A stretch of 64,000 nt of DNA. It comes from a virus. Numbering within the stretch: the first letter of the stretch is position 1; each line of letters begins with the position of its first letter. The notes under the pieces are model-generated. The model saw only the letters and a program-made list of their open reading frames with translations. It was not told the origin of the DNA and searched no databases. Of this stretch, positions 8,856 to 17,617 are shown piece after piece. The translations under genes were made by a program, and so were the position numbers. The stretch is from positions 6,960 to 70,959 of the IMG/VR virus record IMGVR_UViG_3300038456_000361; one strand, given 5' to 3'.

Positions 8856-11363
8856 TTATTTCTCATTGTGTAGTCTGTTGGGACCGCCCTTGCCGCCCAC
8901 GGTGCCAATGCCGGGCTTGGCCTTCTCATCCGCGCGCCTCTTGTCCGAGGCTTCGATGAACTCGTCCACGTTCTCGCTCGTCATCCCGAAGGCCTTGAGG
9001 GCCTTGCGTGCCACCCACTCGAGGGCGTCCCCGAGGTGCTCGGCGTTCGCCTCCAGCTCCTTCACGGCACCCCCGAAGGCGGTCATGGCGGGCGCGAGGA
9101 CGTCCGAAGAGGCCTTGATGATGCCCATGTTGGCGTCGACGGTCTCCTTGTCGTTCTTGGCCACCTCGGCCTGCGCCCGGAGTGCCTCCTCGGATGAAGC
9201 ACTCTTGACGCGACCCCGGCCACCCACATTCAGGTCACTGCCGAAGCCCGTCGTGGTCTTGATGAAACCCGCCCAGCCGGCGTCGTCGCTGATGCCCGTC
9301 TCGGCGCCGCCCGCACCTAGGTTTTCCGCGAGGTCCCGCGCCGCGGCCGTGCCCTTGATGATGCCGTGCATCTTCATGTACGCGCCGACGTCACCCCCGG
9401 CTTCGTTCTGCACAGCCATGATAGCGCGCTGCCCCGGGTCCGCGCCTGTCTCCTGCGCGGCCGCGCGTCCGATGAGGGAGGCGCCGCTCTTCCTCACGAA
9501 TTCCGAGACCTCCTCCTTGGTGATGCCGTGGGCGGCCATCCACTTCTTGGTGGAGGCGCTCGCGTTCGGGCTGAGGATGTCCGCGACGAGGTTGGGGTCC
9601 TTGCCGAAGACCGTCGAGAGATACTGCTGGCGGCTCATGTCCCCGCCACCGAAGGCGGTGCCCGCGTTCGCGAAATTGACGGCCTGCTGGTACTGGTCGA
9701 TGCCACCCCCGAGGAGCCCGCTCATGAGCTGGAGCCCGCCCTGGGCCTCGCGGGTGTTCCAGAGGTCGCCCTCGCCACCCGTGGTGCCGAAGCCCTGCTG
9801 CATCGCCCCCAGGAGCCCGAGGCCCGTGGTCTGCACCCCGGCCGCGCCGAGCGTGCCCGCGGCGAGCCCGCCCATGCCCATGGCGGCGGCGTCGAGGCCA
9901 CCCATGCCCATGACCCCGCCTAGGAAGCGCCCGCTGGCGCCCCCGATGGCCGCCTGGCCGGCGAGCCCACCGGCGCCACCCCAGGCCCCGCCCGCGCCTA
10001 TGGCGCCAGCGATGAGAGCCTGCGCGCTTCGCGCCCCGGAGATGCGCACCTGCTCGGCCGCCGCGGCGTCATCGGCCTGGAGGACGCCCCGGTTCGCGAG
10101 GGCGATAGCGCGTTCGTGCAGGGGGTCCCCGTAGCCGACCTCGATGCCCGCGTAGTCGTAGTCGGCCTGGTATTTCTTGTAGTCTATGAGTTCGTCCTTG
10201 TTGGACTTCGTGAGCTTGCCGTTGACGTTCTTCCAGTAGCCGCCCCCGTACCCGTACTGGCGTTCGAGCCCTATCTGGGTCCCAATCTGGCCCTGGAACC
10301 GGTTGATGGCGGTCATCATGGGCAGGCCGGTGCTCTGCATGGCGTTCTCGGCCACGGCCGCCATGGCCTGTCCGCGGAGGGCCGCGGCTCGCTGCTCGTT
10401 GAAGGCGGCGTCACGGAACTTGGTGATGTCCATGTCCAGGACCCCACTCATGTCCCCGAGCATGGTCTGCCACTCGTCGGCCGTCTTGGCGCCCTTGATG
10501 CTCTCCATGACCTTGTTGTACTTGTCGAAGCCCCCGCCGGTGAGCCCACCCCCGAGGAACAGGGACTTGTACCCGGTACCGATGTCCTGGTTGTACGCGC
10601 CCTGGTACATGCCACCCCAGGTCTTGCCCTGCGCGGCCATGAGATTCGACTGCCAGACAGAGCCGCCGGAGCCCATCATGCCCGCGAACTGCTGTCCCAC
10701 GTTCAGGACCATCTTGATGGCGCCCAGGCCGATGGCGCTCTTGACGGCCTCGTCGGTGAACGTGGGTGGCGCCTTCCCCGCGCCCCCGGCTGCGACGGCG
10801 GCCGAGGGTGTGCCCGCGCCTCCACCGCCACCGCCGCCACCACCACTTATGGGCCGGCCGTAGGCGTCGTAGAGAGTGGGTCCGGCCCCGCCACCGACGG
10901 AGGAGACGTCCCCGAGTTTACCGTAGGTGTTGACGAGGTTGTTGAGCTTGCTCTGGAGGCTGTCGATGTTGCGCCCCTGGTCCAGGGCGCTCGCGCGCAC
11001 CGCCTCCGTGAGGGACTTGATGGCGTCCGCGCTGGAAGTGGCGACGCCCTTGAGGGCTTGGGCGTCGTTCGTGACCGCGCCGGTGATGCGCTGCAGGGGG
11101 TTCTGCTGGGCCGTGAGGTTGGTGTTGCCGGCCAGGGGTCTCCCGTCGGGCCCAACGAGGCCACCGCCGCCGAGGAGGCTGGCTCCGCCGCCGCCACCCC
11201 CGCCGCCGATGGTGCCCCCGCCGATGCTCGTATGCTTGAGCACGTTCGCGAGCTTCGTGGCCTCGATGATTAGCTCGCCGATGGCCTGCTTGGCGCGCTG
11301 CACCGAGGCCGTATCGACCGTAAAACTGAGTTTTACCTGCTTATCGCTTTCCCCAGCGGCCAT
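8856..11363 (-). CDS. Tape measure-like protein
   Basis: 835 aa, Gly/Ala-rich and helical; downstream of the chaperones and upstream of the hub. Confidence 0.7.
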   Translation of the reverse strand: MAAGESDKQVKLSFTVDTASVQRAKQAIGELIIEATKLANVLKHTSIGGGTIGGGGGGGGASLLGGGGLVGPDGRPLAGNTNLTAQQNPLQRITGAVTNDAQALKGVATSSADAIKSLTEAVRASALDQGRNIDSLQSKLNNLVNTYGKLGDVSSVGGGAGPTLYDAYGRPISGGGGGGGGGAGTPSAAVAAGGAGKAPPTFTDEAVKSAIGLGAIKMVLNVGQQFAGMMGSGGSVWQSNLMAAQGKTWGGMYQGAYNQDIGTGYKSLFLGGGLTGGGFDKYNKVMESIKGAKTADEWQTMLGDMSGVLDMDITKFRDAAFNEQRAAALRGQAMAAVAENAMQSTGLPMMTAINRFQGQIGTQIGLERQYGYGGGYWKNVNGKLTKSNKDELIDYKKYQADYDYAGIEVGYGDPLHERAIALANRGVLQADDAAAAEQVRISGARSAQALIAGAIGAGGAWGGAGGLAGQAAIGGASGRFLGGVMGMGGLDAAAMGMGGLAAGTLGAAGVQTTGLGLLGAMQQGFGTTGGEGDLWNTREAQGGLQLMSGLLGGGIDQYQQAVNFANAGTAFGGGDMSRQQYLSTVFGKDPNLVADILSPNASASTKKWMAAHGITKEEVSEFVRKSGASLIGRAAAQETGADPGQRAIMAVQNEAGGDVGAYMKMHGIIKGTAAARDLAENLGAGGAETGISDDAGWAGFIKTTTGFGSDLNVGGRGRVKSASSEEALRAQAEVAKNDKETVDANMGIIKASSDVLAPAMTAFGGAVKELEANAEHLGDALEWVARKALKAFGMTSENVDEFIEASDKRRADEKAKPGIGTVGGKGGPNRLHNEK

Positions 11364-11959
11364 TAGACGCCCTTATTGCTCTTTCTTAGATTCTCTTCAG
11401 CCCAGAGGGGCTGCAGATTGGTGTAGCGGAAGCACTGACGCTGTTGCTCAGGGTCACTCAGGTCAAAGTCTGCACAGGGGCGGATGTGGTCAATGTGCCA
11501 ACCACGGTATCCGTAGTTCTCCCAGGTCATATCCGGCTTGAACTGTGATTCCAGGTGCTTCTTGAGTTCCTCTGGAGTACATCCCAAAAGCTCAAGGGTC
11601 CTTGCGGACTTGGTAAATCCCTTGATTGCTTGACGAACGCGATGTCTGAGGTTTTTTGTCAATCTAAACGCCTCATCCACCTGAATGCGGGCCTTCTCGT
11701 AAACCCGCACCTTGACCTTGATTTCTTCGGTGTGAGCCGCATAATAGGCGGCGCTCGCGTCCTTCAGCTCTTCTTTGTTGGCCTCTCGCCAAATCTTATT
11801 TTGGGCCCTCATCTTGTCCTTATTGGCCTGGTAATAAGCGGCCTGGTAGGCCTTGTTCTTTTCAGAGTGGGCATTTCTGTAAGCCCGGCCCTGTTCAGGA
11901 TGAGCCATTCTGTAAGCGCGGTTCCTGGCGCGGTTCTTGGCGGGGTCCTTGTAGGGCAT
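11363..11959 (-). CDS. HNH-type homing endonuclease with N-terminal helical repeats
   Basis: MTWENYG..WHIDHIRPCADFDL...CFRYTNLQPLWAEEN; start reassigned to MPYKDP, 6 nt after the late promoter at 11966; low GC. Confidence 0.85.
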   Translation of the reverse strand: MPYKDPAKNRARNRAYRMAHPEQGRAYRNAHSEKNKAYQAAYYQANKDKMRAQNKIWREANKEELKDASAAYYAAHTEEIKVKVRVYEKARIQVDEAFRLTKNLRHRVRQAIKGFTKSARTLELLGCTPEELKKHLESQFKPDMTWENYGYRGWHIDHIRPCADFDLSDPEQQRQCFRYTNLQPLWAEENLRKSNKGV

Positions 11960-11976
11960 GTAACTTAGATTGCTGG

Positions 11977-12633
11977 CTACTTTCTGGAGGGTCGACGTGG
12001 AGCCTTTACTACAGAGAACGGGTCTTGAGCATCCGCTTCCATCTCCTCGGGGGTCATGAAGACGATACGTTCCCCCTCGGGCAACTTTGTGTCCACGGGG
12101 GCGTGTTTGAGCGTGGCCACCGGGGGCAGAGGGGGTGTAGGTGCCTGTTTTTGCACGGGCACGCTCGGCAGTTGGACCTCGCGGATGGGCTTGTTGGTGA
12201 GAATCCGGCCCCCGTCGGTGTCCGTGCTCGTGACCTTGGCTTCCTCGAGCTTTTCCTTCTTCTGCGCCTCGAGTTCCTTCTCTTTTTTGGCGATGACCTG
12301 CTTCTCGACCATGCGCGCGAAGCCCCAGTTGTCGGCCTCCTTGGCGTCCTCGGCTGCGGCGGCCGCGCGCTCCTCCTCGGGGGTGCGCAGGAGCAGTCTC
12401 AGCTCCGCCTCGAGCGCGGCTTCGTCCATTTCCTGGTAGCGGACCTCGTAGAACGTCCTCAGGGCCTCCTCGAGGGGGACCCGGCCGTCGATGGTGCCGA
12501 CCTCGTGCAGGGGCGTGCTGTAGCGCTGGCTGTACCACCGGCAGATGGTACGGAGCGTGAACTCCGCACTCTCCCCGTGCACGGCCAGCATGGCCTCCAG
12601 GCGGAGGGCCATCAGCTCTTGGATGTTAATCAC
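11977..12633 (-). CDS. Second tail assembly chaperone-like protein
   Basis: GTG start (VINIQELMAL); RWYSQRYSTP; position upstream of the tape measure. Confidence 0.55.
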   Translation of the reverse strand: MINIQELMALRLEAMLAVHGESAEFTLRTICRWYSQRYSTPLHEVGTIDGRVPLEEALRTFYEVRYQEMDEAALEAELRLLLRTPEEERAAAAAEDAKEADNWGFARMVEKQVIAKKEKELEAQKKEKLEEAKVTSTDTDGGRILTNKPIREVQLPSVPVQKQAPTPPLPPVATLKHAPVDTKLPEGERIVFMTPEEMEADAQDPFSVVKAPRRPSRK

Positions 12634-12680
12634 GGCCTGTCCGGTTCCGGGGCCTGTCCGCTGCTGACGGACAGACGAGC

Positions 12681-13106
12681 CTACGGGACAGTGGGCGTCG
12701 GCAGCGCGGCCTTGAGTTCCCCGCGGGCGGCCTTGATGGCGTCGGCGACGAGTTTCGAGCGCTCGGCGATGCCCTTGTTCAGCTCCGTGGTGATGGCGAG
12801 CACGACGTTGTCGTCTTTGAGGTCGAGGCCGCCGTCTGCGTCCGTCCACCAGCTCGGGGCGCTGCCCTGGTCACCGGTGATTCTGGAGTTAATTTCAGAA
12901 AAAAGCTCCGCTTGATTCGCCGCGCGCGGGCTCGGGGCCGCGTTCTGGGAGAAGGACCCCAGGTACAGGCGCCGAAGCTCGTCACGGCGCAGCTGTTCCT
13001 TGTGGGAGAGCACGGTCTTGAGGGCGAACTTGCCTTGGAACTTCACGGCGGTGGTGTCGCCAATCTCGTCAACCACGAATTCATGAACTCCGGGTATAGA
13101 AGCCAT
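12681..13106 (-). CDS. Tail assembly chaperone
   Basis: About 140 aa; APSWW motif; AAGGAG SD; synteny. Confidence 0.65.
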   Translation of the reverse strand: MASIPGVHEFVVDEIGDTTAVKFQGKFALKTVLSHKEQLRRDELRRLYLGSFSQNAAPSPRAANQAELFSEINSRITGDQGSAPSWWTDADGGLDLKDDNVVLAITTELNKGIAERSKLVADAIKAARGELKAALPTPTVP

Positions 13107-13141
13107 CTTTGCTACTCCTTTGGGTGTTTGCGGGAAATAAG

Positions 13142-13227
13142 CCCCGACGGGTAGACATAGACACCCGTCGGGGGTCCGTCACGCAGCGTTGGAGCAGCGC
13201 CACCGAGGTACCCCGGGGGCGCACTCC
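13142..13227 (-). ncRNA. Structured 5' leader with two hairpins
   Basis: Perfect 11-bp stem CCCCGACGGGT/ACCCGTCGGGG (13142-13173) and an imperfect stem at 13191-13227, between the promoter at 13229 and ATG 13106. Confidence 0.45.
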
Positions 13228-13241
13228 CTAGATTGTGGCCC

Positions 13242-13271
13242 TTGACATCAGGCCCGCGACCCGTGTATAGT
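13242..13271 (+). promoter_or_regulatory. Sigma70-type promoter TTGACA-N18-TATAGT
   Basis: Near-consensus; GTG 6 nt downstream. Confidence 0.75.
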
Positions 13272-13277
13272 GCGACT

Positions 13278-13664
13278 GTGAGCACCGACCTCGAGTACAA
13301 CAAGAGCGTCTTCAAGGACACCGCCGCCAAGCTGCAGGCCATGGGCGAGGAGTACGGCCTCGAGCACGCCCCCGAGAACGTCAAGAGGGCCCTCAAGGAC
13401 ATCCTCACCTCCGAGTACCCGGACATCAAGTCCGCGTCCGCGCTCATGAAGATGGAGATGGCGTGCCTGGCGGCCTGGTCCCGGGGCGAGATTGACGGCC
13501 CGGACAGCGTGGAGAGCCTGGAGCGCCGCGCCAAGCAGGCGGAGAGCCTCGCCAAGATGATGGACAAGAAGGACAACCCCAAGGGCGCGAAGAAGCAGCG
13601 CGACCGTGCTGCCGTCCTCCGCGAACGAGCTGCGCTACAGTCCACCAAGGAGAAAACGATATGA
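13278..13664 (+). CDS. Hypothetical protein
   Basis: Leaderless GTG start; phage-like codon usage. Confidence 0.7.
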   Translation: MSTDLEYNKSVFKDTAAKLQAMGEEYGLEHAPENVKRALKDILTSEYPDIKSASALMKMEMACLAAWSRGEIDGPDSVESLERRAKQAESLAKMMDKKDNPKGAKKQRDRAAVLRERAALQSTKEKTI

Positions 13665-13981
13665 GCTTCGTCGGAGACAAGGAAGAGGGCATCGGGTTCG
13701 AGGTCGAGACGGCCACGGAACCCGCGGAGCGCCGCTCACCCACGCGCCACGAGAACAAGACGAGGCACCTCTGGAAAATCCACTGCGCCGGGGGGGCCTG
13801 CTTCGAGCCCGTCATCGACGAGAAGGGCGTGTGCACGTCCTGCTGGTCCCCGCACGGGGAGCCCCACCACCGGGGCTGCGGCCAGAACCCGGAGCGTGTC
13901 CTGCCAGAAGAGGTCGAGGAAGTCCTTGACGCGGACCCGGCACCAGAGGTACAGTCAGGGGCACAAGGAGCCACACCATGA
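13661..13981 (+). CDS. Hypothetical protein (Cys/His-containing)
   Basis: AGGAG SD; ATGA overlap with the previous gene. Confidence 0.65.
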   Translation: MSFVGDKEEGIGFEVETATEPAERRSPTRHENKTRHLWKIHCAGGACFEPVIDEKGVCTSCWSPHGEPHHRGCGQNPERVLPEEVEEVLDADPAPEVQSGAQGATP

Positions 13982-14337
13982 TGTTCACCGAAGAGGCCGC
14001 TGTCCTGCTCGTGCTCGCACGCAACTCCAAGGTCAGTCTCAAGCGCTCGGCCCTGGCCCGGGAAGCGCGTCTCGTCGGCAAGGTCATCCTTGGCACGGAC
14101 GTGGACATCAGCGTCACCAACGCGGCCGTGGACACCCTCGTGGCCCAGAGGATGGTGGACCGCGTCGACGGCGGGGTGATGTTGAACCTCACGGGCGCCA
14201 AGGCTCTCCTGTCCCTGTCGCAGCGCACGCAGATGCTCGGTCAGGCCCTCACCTACATCGGGGCCGAGGTCGTCGCCGCCCAGGACGAGGAGGAACTCGA
14301 GGGCATCCACATCGAAGTCGTCGAGCCCCTGGCGTGA
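13978..14337 (+). CDS. Hypothetical protein, possibly winged-helix
   Basis: AGGAG SD; ATGA overlap. Confidence 0.6.
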   Translation: MMFTEEAAVLLVLARNSKVSLKRSALAREARLVGKVILGTDVDISVTNAAVDTLVAQRMVDRVDGGVMLNLTGAKALLSLSQRTQMLGQALTYIGAEVVAAQDEEELEGIHIEVVEPLA

Positions 14338-14678
14338 GTGCCAAGAGCTACTTCCAGCTGGAAGAAGAGAACACGGCCCTGCGCCTGCTCCTCGAGGACG
14401 CGCACACCTTCGGCACGCACAGCTGGGCGTGCTCGCGGGAGCTGAACATCTCCACCGACTGCGACTGCTGGTTCGGGAGGACCGAGGAAGCGCTCACGGA
14501 GCCCATCCAGCTCACAGGCCCCCTTGAGAGCGTCGCCTGCAAGTGCGGGCACCTCCCGGGGGAGCACACGGGGCGCATCACGGGGCAGCCCCAGGCCGTG
14601 TGCGTGATGTGCGGGTGCCCCTGCACGGCCTTCACCCCGAGGCCCGACCCGATGGGGAAATCCCCGACCAAGAGTTGA
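14334..14678 (+). CDS. Cys-rich hypothetical protein
   Basis: GTGA overlap; CKCGH...H...CVMCGCPC. Confidence 0.6.
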   Translation: MSAKSYFQLEEENTALRLLLEDAHTFGTHSWACSRELNISTDCDCWFGRTEEALTEPIQLTGPLESVACKCGHLPGEHTGRITGQPQAVCVMCGCPCTAFTPRPDPMGKSPTKS

Positions 14679-14704
14679 CAGCAAACCCGAAAGAGAGGTA
14701 TAGT
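14675..14704 (+). promoter_or_regulatory. Sigma70-type promoter TTGACA-N18-TATAGT
   Basis: ATG at 14711, 6 nt downstream. Confidence 0.75.
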
Positions 14705-14710
14705 ACCGCC

Positions 14711-15280
14711 ATGACAACGACGACCGACGCGAGCTGGACCCAGATTCACCTCCCCGAGTGGAAGGGACACGCTGTCTCGAAGGGGCTGCTGCCGAAGCTC
14801 CTCCAGGACTACGCGGGGCGCGGGCACGGGGTTGCCCCGGTGCCGGAGTTCATCCAGGACATCGCCGAGATGGCCCTCGACCGCCCGGGCATGGTCTCGG
14901 CCACGCGCCGGTGGATAGACGTGCCCGTGGAGCCGGGATTCCAGCTGAGCTTCCCCTACCAGGACGCCGAGTACTTCCTGGGGGAGCTGGACCGTCTCCC
15001 CGTTCGTCACTTCTCCGACGGCATGCCCTACGTCAAGCTCCACGGCTGGATTCACTGCGTGGTCCTGGACATGTTCCAGCATGGCCGCGTCCGGGATTAC
15101 CTGCGAGCGCACCTCGCGGACATCCGCGCCGTCGCCAAGGAGGAGGGCGACCGCTTTGATGCCGCCATGGCCGACATCGAGAAGGCCAGCGGCGGGCGCG
15201 TGATTCGCATCCAGGCCCTCAAGAACGACGACATCCCCGCGGGGGTGCCCGTGGCCCCCGTCAACCGGGAGAGGAACTGA
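14711..15280 (+). CDS. Hypothetical protein
   Basis: Leaderless start MTTTTDASW. Confidence 0.7.
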   Translation: MTTTTDASWTQIHLPEWKGHAVSKGLLPKLLQDYAGRGHGVAPVPEFIQDIAEMALDRPGMVSATRRWIDVPVEPGFQLSFPYQDAEYFLGELDRLPVRHFSDGMPYVKLHGWIHCVVLDMFQHGRVRDYLRAHLADIRAVAKEEGDRFDAAMADIEKASGGRVIRIQALKNDDIPAGVPVAPVNRERN

Positions 15281-15282
15281 CC

Positions 15283-15528
15283 ATGAAAGCCCTTCTCGCC
15301 TCGGCGCTCTTCCTCCTCCTCGCCGCCGGCAGCAGCGGGTGCGCGTCCCTGCTGGCGCTCGAGGTGCGCACGCACCCCGCGCCCACCGCGGAGCAGTGCA
15401 TGCAGGCCTGCATCGACGACCGGGACGCGTGCTACCTCTCCGGACGGGACGTGTTCGAGTGCCGCAACGACCTCTGGGTGTGCCTGCCCGGGTGCCAGGG
15501 CGTGTTCATGCTCCCGGTGAACTCGTGA
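15283..15528 (+). CDS. Small Cys-rich secreted or lipoprotein
   Basis: Signal peptide ending SSGC; repeated Cys. Confidence 0.6.
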   Translation: MKALLASALFLLLAAGSSGCASLLALEVRTHPAPTAEQCMQACIDDRDACYLSGRDVFECRNDLWVCLPGCQGVFMLPVNS

Positions 15529-15646
15529 AGGTCCAGCTCACGCTCATCCGCGTCGGCGGCGGGAAGAAGGAGCGCCGCCCAGTCTTGACGGCGGCTCGCG
15601 TCGCGGGTATCATAGCCCTAGGCCTCTTCGCCCTGGCGGTGTTCCG

Positions 15647-15790
15647 GTGATTGACAAACTCGTGCAGGGCATCACCTACGTCATCGTCACGGTGGCCCTG
15701 GCGGGCCTCGCGGCGATGCTCTTCCAGGTCGTGCTCGGGGTCGCCTTCGACATCTGGGACACATGGCAGGACCACAAGGAGCGACGGTGA
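15647..15790 (+). CDS. Small membrane protein
   Basis: VIDKLVQGITYVIVTVALAGLAAMLF; GTGA overlaps at both ends. Confidence 0.45.
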   Translation: MIDKLVQGITYVIVTVALAGLAAMLFQVVLGVAFDIWDTWQDHKERR

Positions 15791-16359
15791 CCAAGACTGG
15801 CTGGGTCAAGGGGAAGAAGATGTACTGGTACGAGTACCCGGAGAGCCATTGGAAGTTCCGGGTTTGGCGCTTCTTCGCTCGCAGCAAGAAAATCCCCGGG
15901 AACATCTGGTGGTGGGTGCGCTACCACACCACGGACCGCTACCACATCCTCGACCTCAGGCACAAGGGTTACCCCTACGGCTGGCGGGACGTGCCCGAGA
16001 AGATGGAGATGGCGCTCTTCGCACTCCTCGTGGACTTCGTGGAGAAGGAGAAGGGCTTCGAGGGGCACGTGGACTGGGACTACAACCGTGAGGTGCGGGC
16101 GGTGCGCGCCAAGGCGATGGAGCTGCACGAGTGGTGGACCCGCGGGCAGCACAGAGAGGACGAGTTCCTCGCCCTCATCACCCGCGACGCCCCGAGCCCC
16201 ATGGAGTTCGTGGACATCCCCGGCTCGGACTGCAGCGAGATGGTACTCTCGGACCACCCGCGGTGGGGGGTCTACACGGACTACCGCGAACGCTTCGAGG
16301 CCAAGCGGGAGCGGATGATGACACTGTTGCTGAGCATCCGGAAGTACCTGTGGACGTGA
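15787..16359 (+). CDS. Hypothetical phage protein
   Basis: Ends LLLSIRKYLWT; AGGAG SD. Confidence 0.7.
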   Translation: MTKTGWVKGKKMYWYEYPESHWKFRVWRFFARSKKIPGNIWWWVRYHTTDRYHILDLRHKGYPYGWRDVPEKMEMALFALLVDFVEKEKGFEGHVDWDYNREVRAVRAKAMELHEWWTRGQHREDEFLALITRDAPSPMEFVDIPGSDCSEMVLSDHPRWGVYTDYRERFEAKRERMMTLLLSIRKYLWT

Positions 16360-16577
16360 GCGACGAGACCGCCAAGCCCAGGGAATTCGAAGGGCACCTC
16401 TACAAGCTCGAGGGGAATCGCATCTTTTTCCTCGCCGAGGGGTACACCTTCGACTTCGGGGTTACGCCCGAGAAGGCCGCCGAGGTGCGAGCGATGCTGG
16501 AAGGGGCTGGCGACGGTAAACTCGTGGGCACGATGACAATCATGCCCCCGTTCGTCAACGGAAAAGCGATTCCCTGA
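16356..16577 (+). CDS. Hypothetical protein
   Basis: GTGA-coupled ORF. Confidence 0.5.
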   Translation: MSDETAKPREFEGHLYKLEGNRIFFLAEGYTFDFGVTPEKAAEVRAMLEGAGDGKLVGTMTIMPPFVNGKAIP

Positions 16578-16581
16578 GAGT

Positions 16582-17157
16582 ATGACTACATTTTTTACGT
16601 CTGACACGCATTTCAATCACCGGTCCATCCTCCAGTACTGCCCGGGGCGCGAGGAGCACTGGGCCACGATGGAGGACATGAACGAGGGCCTCATCGCGCG
16701 CTGGAACGCCAGGGTCGCACCCGAGGACGTGGTCTACCACCTCGGGGACTTCGCGCTCGGCCAATTCGAGCACGCCCAGCCCATCTTTGACCGGCTGCAG
16801 GGCGTCAAGCACCTCATCCTCGGGAACCATGACCGCACGGCCACGCAGATGCGCAAGATGGGCTGGGCGAGCGTCGCCAAGGGCGCCACCATCAAGGCCC
16901 CTGACGGGCGCGTGCTGCACCTGGCCCACCACCCCCAAAGCTATGAGCGCCTGGACAAGATGCGGGTGGACTTACAATTATGCGGGCATGTGCATGAACA
17001 CTGGGCTCGGGGCGCTACCATGGTCCGGACCTCGATGACGCCGCCCTATAGGGACTACGTGTCCTCGTGGGCGGCACCAGATGGCCGTGTCCTGAATGTC
17101 GGGGTGGATGTTCGGGACTTCCAGCCAGTTACTTTGGCTGAGCTGCTCGGCGCTTAG
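16582..17157 (+). CDS. Calcineurin-like metallophosphoesterase
   Basis: FTSDTHFNH, YHLGDF, LGNHD, GHVH, NVGVD motifs. Confidence 0.92.
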   Translation: MTTFFTSDTHFNHRSILQYCPGREEHWATMEDMNEGLIARWNARVAPEDVVYHLGDFALGQFEHAQPIFDRLQGVKHLILGNHDRTATQMRKMGWASVAKGATIKAPDGRVLHLAHHPQSYERLDKMRVDLQLCGHVHEHWARGATMVRTSMTPPYRDYVSSWAAPDGRVLNVGVDVRDFQPVTLAELLGA

Positions 17158-17320
17158 CTTCGTACTTCGCGAAGCACCCGGGCTTCACCGCGTCGAGGCC
17201 GGCCACGCACGCGCCACAGAGGTAGTACCCGCCTTGGGCTATCACGCGTCCCCCGCTGTCCCCGTACTCGGGGTCGATGACGTACCGGCAGAAGCTGCAC
17301 TTCAGGGGACGCTCACTCAT
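17129..17320 (-). CDS. Stand-alone ClpX-type C4 zinc finger protein
   Basis: KCSFC...RVIAQGGYYLCGACV resembles ClpX ZBD CSFC...LIAG..VYICDECV. Confidence 0.55.
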   Translation of the reverse strand: MSERPLKCSFCRYVIDPEYGDSGGRVIAQGGYYLCGACVAGLDAVKPGCFAKYEAKRRAAQPK

Positions 17321-17516
17321 TGGGGTCTGGGTCCATGATGGGGATGGTGACGACACCGCGCTCCTCGCCGGCACTGCTCTCCTCCTCGTCGTCCCAGCGC
17401 CGGCCCGGCGGTTCCGGCAGGGGCAAGCGCGGGCGCTCCTCGGTCGCCGGCTGGCGCCTGCGGCGGTCCCTCTCCACCAAATCCGAGAAAGAACTCCAGG
17501 GTGTGCCACCACGCAT
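17313..17516 (-). CDS. Small hypothetical protein
   Basis: AAGGAGG SD; upstream TTGACA-N17-TAGAGT at 17565-17537. Confidence 0.55.
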   Translation of the reverse strand: MRGGTPWSSFSDLVERDRRRRQPATEERPRLPLPEPPGRRWDDEEESSAGEERGVVTIPIMDPDPNE

Positions 17517-17617
17517 GAGGACCTCCTTCTCTTGCTACTCTAGTAGGTTGCCGTTCCCGTGTCAAGGGCCGGTAATCTAGGAAGAGGCACCCTCTCGAGC
17601 CCAAACCAGGAGCTGTA

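Noticed and set aside
6057-8873. Long + strand ORFs antisense to structural genes (also 3319-4779, 22704-24350, 32057-33598, 48818-51364, 54200-55936)
   Set aside because: Shadow ORFs expected from high GC3; no motifs or promoters, and the opposite strand has clear genes.
11387-11393. GAATCTA variants (also at ~35198, ~41375, ~53339) as late promoters
   Set aside because: They lack the pyrimidine before AATCTA and mostly lie in AT-rich coding sequence; not counted, although 11387 could serve the tape measure gene.
13107-13230. tRNA in the intergenic gaps (here and 44520-44640)
   Set aside because: No T-loop GTTCRA, D-loop or acceptor-stem pattern.
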